From the NCBI GenBank assembly GCA_049976425.1, contig JBMFIG010000001.1, forward strand, positions 249,778 through 313,777: DNA of 64,000 nt, in the 5' to 3' direction. The stretch is from Thermoproteus sp. (lineage in GTDB: Archaea; Thermoproteota; Thermoprotei; Thermoproteales; Thermoproteaceae). Position 1 is the stretch's first letter. Each line of letters begins with the position of its first letter. The notes beneath the pieces were generated by a model, which saw nothing but the letters and a program-made list of their open reading frames with translations, had not been told where the DNA came from and ran no database searches. The position numbers and the translations under genes were made by a program. Positions 59,573 to 64,000 of this stretch are shown piece by piece.

Positions 59573-60199
59573 TTAGATAAGCTTAGAAAGCTTCTTCTCG
59601 GCGAAGTCCCAGCTGACGAGATTCCACCAGGCGTTTACGTAGTCGGCTCTCTTGTTCTTGTACTGTAGGTAGTAGGCGTGCTCGAACTCGTCGACTATTA
59701 TAAGTATCGGCGCCTCGCCGATGTGGTTCAAGAAGTGGTTCTCGAAGGTCATTATCTGGAGGTTGCCTGTCTCCACGTCGTAGTAGAGCGCCGTCCAGCC
59801 CGTCCCCGGCAACGAGTTCGCGGCCTCGGTGAACACGGCCTTGAACTTGTCGAAGCTCCCATACTGCTTATTTATGAGGTCGGCGAGCCTTCCCCCGGGC
59901 TTCCCGCCTCCCTTGCCTGCAGGCGCCATGCTCTTCCAGTAGAGGTCGTGTAGCTTGTGGCCGTTTATGTTGAAGGTCAGCCCTCTCAGAATCCCTTGTA
60001 TGTCGTACTGGCCGGAGGCCAGCTCTCCCTTTATTATCTTCTCCATCCTCTCCAGGAGCGCGTTGGCGCCGTTCACGTAGCCCTTGTGGTGGCCGTTGTA
60101 GTGGACGTCTACTATGTCCCTGCTTATGTAGGGCTCGAGGGCGTCCAGATTGTACGGAAGCGGCGGCAGTTCGTACCTCTTGAACAGGCTTGCGGACAT
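59573..60199 (-). CDS. sod: Fe/Mn superoxide dismutase
   Basis: [35 protein letters not shown]. Confidence 0.97.
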   Translation of the reverse strand: MSASLFKRYELPPLPYNLDALEPYISRDIVDVHYNGHHKGYVNGANALLERMEKIIKGELASGQYDIQGILRGLTFNINGHKLHDLYWKSMAPAGKGGGKPGGRLADLINKQYGSFDKFKAVFTEAANSLPGTGWTALYYDVETGNLQIMTFENHFLNHIGEAPILIIVDEFEHAYYLQYKNKRADYVNAWWNLVSWDFAEKKLSKLI

Positions 60200-60434
60200 G
60201 GGCCATCCTCGCTCTGCCTATTTAAGCATCGTTTCGTGTCAGAAGGTTCTTCCGACTGCTTTATTACCATATAATCATAGATTTCTCATTCTATATCAAT
60301 AGATTATTATATTTATTACCAATTATTTTTATAATTATTATGTTATTTACTATAAATAAGTATATATAAATATATACATAAATAGTAAGTTTAGTCGAAG
60401 TAAATATTTTTATTTTAAAATAACTCCATCTTTA

Positions 60435-61358
60435 ATGAGTGAGGGATGGCTCTTGCGGCTAAGAGAAATTATAGTTGATTCTCTAGATAAGACTTGGCTT
60501 CCTCTTCCCGTAGATGAGCGTATATGCGAAAACTGGAAAGAGGGACTACAACAAGATACAAGCTCTAGTACAGTTTTTTATACGTCGTGTATGTACCACC
60601 TGGCCCCAGTTATCGAGAAGGCCGTAGAAAGCTTGGAGAGGTTCGGAGCTTCGGGGGGCGGCTTAATGAGCGCCCTCGCCGGATTTGCCGCTAGGACCTT
60701 CGGGAGGCAACTTCTCAAGCCAGATCAAGCTGAGGTGGATAGGGCTGACCGCGTTGTTAGGTCCATGCACAGCCTCTTGGCCAGGAGCGGGCTCAAGTTC
60801 AGGCTTCTCGACAAGGAGATCTACTCAGGCGCCTTGCTGTATGAGCTGGGCTTCGAGCGGGACTTCGTCAATTATGCGAGGAAGGTCGTCGACTACTTCA
60901 AGCAGCGCGGTATAAGGGAGGTCGTGACCGTCGATCCCCATACCCATTATCTGTTGGAGAAGGTGTACCCCAAGTACTTCCCCGACTTCGATATAAAGGT
61001 GGCCAGCTATATGGATTTTATAGAGCCCAGGGGAGTGTCCATTAAGAACTTCGCCATACACGACTCCTGCCTCTACGCCCGCTATCTGGACAGATACCAG
61101 ACCGTCAGAAAGCTCCTTAAAGCCGGCGAGCCTGTGGAGGACCCGTTCGTGACCGGCCGCGACACGTCGCAGTGTTGCGGAGGCCCCATAGAGTCGACCT
61201 TCCCGAACATAGCCAAGCAGATAGCCAAGGCGAGGGTCAAGGAGCTCGCCCGGCTTTCTAGAAAGGTCGTGGTGCAGTGCCCTATATGCTACGTCAACCT
61301 CAAACGGGCGTCCGAAGGCGAAGTGGAGCTGTACCACATGGCCGAGGTCCTCCTATGA
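60435..61358 (+). CDS. CCG-domain Fe-S oxidoreductase (GlcF/LutA-like)
   Basis: YTSCMY, DPH, HDSC, CCGG, CPIC. Confidence 0.82.
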   Translation: MSEGWLLRLREIIVDSLDKTWLPLPVDERICENWKEGLQQDTSSSTVFYTSCMYHLAPVIEKAVESLERFGASGGGLMSALAGFAARTFGRQLLKPDQAEVDRADRVVRSMHSLLARSGLKFRLLDKEIYSGALLYELGFERDFVNYARKVVDYFKQRGIREVVTVDPHTHYLLEKVYPKYFPDFDIKVASYMDFIEPRGVSIKNFAIHDSCLYARYLDRYQTVRKLLKAGEPVEDPFVTGRDTSQCCGGPIESTFPNIAKQIAKARVKELARLSRKVVVQCPICYVNLKRASEGEVELYHMAEVLL

Positions 61359-62272
61359 ACCTAGCGGAGCTGAAGGCCGAGGCCTCCAAGTGCCAGTTCT
61401 GCGGCTTCTGCGAGTTCGCCTGCTCCACCTACAGATCCATAAGGATGATGCATTTCGGGCCTAGGGGGCGCGTCAACCTGATCAGAAACTTCGACGGGGA
61501 GCTCTCCGAGCCCCCGAGGGATATAAGGCATATGGCAAACAACAGCGGGCGCCCGGCGGCCGTGGCCTGGGCCTCGCTACTCGTCTTCGTGGCCGTAATG
61601 GGCCTCTGGGCCTCTCCGATCTCGCCGCTACCCAAGATGTCCGTAGCCGTGTTCTCGGTCCCCGCCTACTCGCAGATACTCGGCAAGAAAGTCGCCGTGT
61701 CCTACGCCTTCAACCCCTTCGCAACAGGCACCGCCGCCTTGGTCGCCTGGCTCGTATCATTGGCCGTCATGAGGCCTAGCGGAAGGGTGGTTAAGGAGGC
61801 GTTGGCCACAACCGTGAGGCAGACTTGGGCGGCCGTCGCCGTAGGGGCCTTCGTGGTCAGCCTGGCCTTCGTCTTCAACTACAGCGGCATGGCCTACAGC
61901 CTGGCCTACATGGCCTCCTTCGCCGGCATACTGTTCATCCTGATATCGCCGTTCCTCGGCTGGCTGGGAGCTGCGCTCACTGGAAGCAACACCTCCTCCA
62001 ACGCGCTGTTCGGCGCGCTCCAATACACAGTGGGCAACTTACTCGGAATACCGCCGTTGTTGCTTCCGGCAGTCCAGAGCGTGGGGGCCGAGCTCGGCAA
62101 GCCAGTGGCGCCGCAGACTGTCTCGGCAGGCATATCGACCACCGAATACGTGAGGAGGGAGGGCGATATAATTAGGAACAACCTGCCGTACTCCATATCG
62201 CTCGTGCTACTGCTGGTGGCTATAGCGGTAGTCCACCTGCTGTTGTACCCCTATCCGTTCAAGCTAGCCTGA
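61355..62272 (+). pseudogene. In-frame chimera: 4Fe-4S protein N-terminus fused to L-lactate permease (LctP) C-terminal half
   Basis: CQFCGFCEFAC...GPRGR (about 50 aa) followed by NYSGM, SPFLGWLGAALTGSNTSSNALFG, GKPVAPQ (LctP C-terminus). Confidence 0.8.
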
Positions 62273-62371
62273 TCTCCCAAACCCAGTTTTTGACCCGGCG
62301 TCTCCACAGAGCTCTCCGGCATGCCTGCGCGATCCAGGTCCGCAGATTCCCTCTACAGGTCTTCAGAGGAG

Positions 62372-62483
62372 TGGTGGGGCCGCCGGGATTTGAACCCGGG
62401 ACCTCCCGGTTGCTCGGGCCGGGAGCCCTTTATCAGCCTCGCCGGATCTCCACGGGCGCTCCACCTAGCTAAGCTACGGCCCG
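62372..62483 (-). tRNA. tRNA-Ile(GAU) with two introns
   Basis: Removing 62438-62452 (anticodon stem, 15 nt) and 62411-62430 (37/38, 20 nt) gives CCCGG-CT-GAT-AA-CCGGG. T arm CCGGG-TTCAAAT-CCCGG, CCA encoded. Confidence 0.9.
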
Positions 62484-62642
62484 ATCCCTCCAAACACAGT
62501 TGGTTTTAAGCTTTCTGACCGACCTAAATCCCGCGTCAGCTCGATGCGTCTCCCTAGTTTAGGCGGAGGCGTTCGCGGCCGGGCGCTACTTCGACGAGTT
62601 AGATGCGGCGTTACGTTTTTGACGGACGTGAAATTCAATTAG

Positions 62643-62906
62643 GTGGAAGATGTAGAAAATGTGGAATCCATCAAGATAAGGGAGGACACGAAACGCCGCC
62701 TAGTGCAGTTCAGGGCTAGGCTGAAAGCCAAGCTGGGGCGCAAGGTGTCGCTGGACGAGATCATCAACTACCTTCTGGACAGCGCCGAGAGCCCCGACGT
62801 CGAGGAGCTGGCGGCTGTGCTGGCGGAAGTGCGGCGCTTGGTCAAGCCCGGCGACCTCACCGCGGAGCTTAGGAGAGGACGGTCCGAGGATGAGGCTGGC
62901 GGTTGA
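62643..62906 (+). CDS. VapB-like antitoxin (RHH-type)
   Basis: SIKIREDTKRRL...SLDEIINYLL, overlaps the downstream PIN gene. Confidence 0.78.
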   Translation: MEDVENVESIKIREDTKRRLVQFRARLKAKLGRKVSLDEIINYLLDSAESPDVEELAAVLAEVRRLVKPGDLTAELRRGRSEDEAGG

Positions 62907-63280
62907 CACAAGCGTAGTTCTCGCGACTCTGGAGGGGACCACAGACGCCTTGCTGGAATACGCCAAGAGGGGCTGGCGGCTCTACATAACAGAGTAACCT
63001 AACAGAGGTTATGTACGTCCTATGCCGTAGACTCGGCGCAGAGGCCGCGCGCAGAGCCGTGGAGAGGTTGCTCAACAGCAGGACGCTTAGGCCCTACCCA
63101 GCCGCCGACCTCCACGGAGAGGCCGCCATGTGTAAATGCAGACACGCGATATCGCTCCCGGACTGCTATACAATCGCCCTAGCACGGAGGCTGAACACGC
63201 GCGCCCTCTTTATGCGAGAGAAGGAGCTGGAAAAGGCGCTGAAGAGAGGGGAGCTGGCGGACGTCGTGCAGTTCGTCTAA
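62890..63280 (+). pseudogene. VapC PIN-domain toxin, frameshifted
   Basis: MRLAVDTS...LYITE stops at TAA near 62995. NLTEVMYVLCRRLG...ISLPDCYTIALA...EKEL continues in another frame. Confidence 0.8.
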
Positions 63281-63421
63281 ATAGAACGGGGAAGGGGTAG
63301 CCACGTCGGCGGCCCACGGAGGGCGGCATCTGGGGAAGGTGAGCGCGGCCAGCGTACTGGCATGTTGGCGGGATCGGCTTATAGGGCCTCACGGACAGGT
63401 CCCGGCCTATCGGCGGAAAGA

Positions 63422-63557
63422 TGGTGGGCCCGCCGGGATTTCTGGGCGGCTACGCCCGAACCCGGGATCTCCCGCGCGCTCAGGCGCTGTGGCGCGGGCG
63501 CCATGTAAGGCGGGCTTTAGGGAACCGATTTCAATCCTACCGCTAGACTACGGGCCC
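63422..63557 (-). tRNA. tRNA-Val(UAC) with three introns
   Basis: Introns 63516-63533 (about 25/26), 63477-63503 (37/38), 63442-63457 (T-loop, about 56/57). Acceptor GGGCCCG/CGGGCCC, CCA encoded. Confidence 0.9.
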
Positions 63558-63697
63558 TTTACATATATTTCAACGTATTTTTAAGCTTTGCCCTACCGTA
63601 CCTAGCCGGACTGCCGAGCGCAAGCATCCGCTATCGGCGCAACGCCGCTGACCGCAAGGCGACAAAGATATAAAAATTGAGGATTTACGGCGTTTAG

Positions 63698-63822
63698 GCC
63701 CCGGTCGTCTAGCCCGGTCAAAGGCTCGCCGACCACGGATATGGGCCTTTCGAGGAACGCCGAAGAGAGCCCAGGACCCGGGTTCAGGGAAGCTCCGCCC
63801 AGAAATCCCGGCCGGGGCACCA
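63698..63822 (+). tRNA. tRNA-Glu(UUC) with three introns
   Basis: Introns 63722-63736 (D arm), 63753-63767 (37/38), 63786-63802 (T-loop). Mature TGGGC-CT-TTC-GA-GCCCA, acceptor GCCCCGG/CCGGGGC, CCA encoded. Confidence 0.9.
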
Positions 63823-63878
63823 TGATGCCGATCTTGACGCGGAAGGTGCTGTTCGTTCAGTATATAGCAATAGAGGCT

Positions 63879-63988
63879 TGGTGGGCCCGGAGGGATTTTT
63901 AGGCGGCTACGCCCGAACCCCCGCCCTACGGGTCTGGAGCCACGGCGGCGTTCACCTCCGCCGCTCTGCCTTGCTGAGCTACGGGCCC
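63879..63988 (-). tRNA. tRNA-Trp(CCA) with two non-canonical introns
   Basis: Introns 63941-63957 (anticodon stem) and 63899-63914 (T-loop). Mature GCGGG-CT-CCA-GA-CCCGT, CCA encoded. Confidence 0.9.
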
Positions 63989-64000
63989 TTTACGTATATT

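Noticed and set aside
62290-63823. Short ORFs overlapping the tRNA genes (62290-62472, 62321-62509, 63339-63584, 63602-63823)
   Set aside because: Artefacts of translating tRNA loci.

Overview
GC-rich chromosomal segment of a Thermoproteales crenarchaeon, most likely Thermoproteus. The assignment rests on a PaREP1 fragment, multi-intron tRNAs, ThyX, short RNase P proteins and C/D sRNAs overlapping gene ends. Most of the window is housekeeping and metabolism: acyl-CoA synthetase, type IV pilus motor and platform, Lhr and Hrq1-type helicases, Mo/W ABC transporter, NucS, SufCB, RNase P proteins with rpl15e, valS, sucCD, MntH with a DtxR regulator, rps24e-rps27ae-kae1, ppsA and sod. Unusual parts: (i) a 1.7-3.06 kb composite region with a PaREP1 fragment, a frameshifted ribbon-helix-helix gene, a 40-aa ORF, a symmetric array of four 14-bp motifs and a GC-rich structured element; (ii) two in-frame deletion chimeras (Mo/W-binding protein::TsaA and 4Fe-4S protein::lactate permease); (iii) four tRNA genes carrying 10 introns, one with a C1-C72 acceptor mismatch; (iv) three C/D-box sRNA candidates; (v) abrupt AT-rich islands that also run through coding sequence. 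All assignments come from reading sequence motifs by eye. No database search was run.
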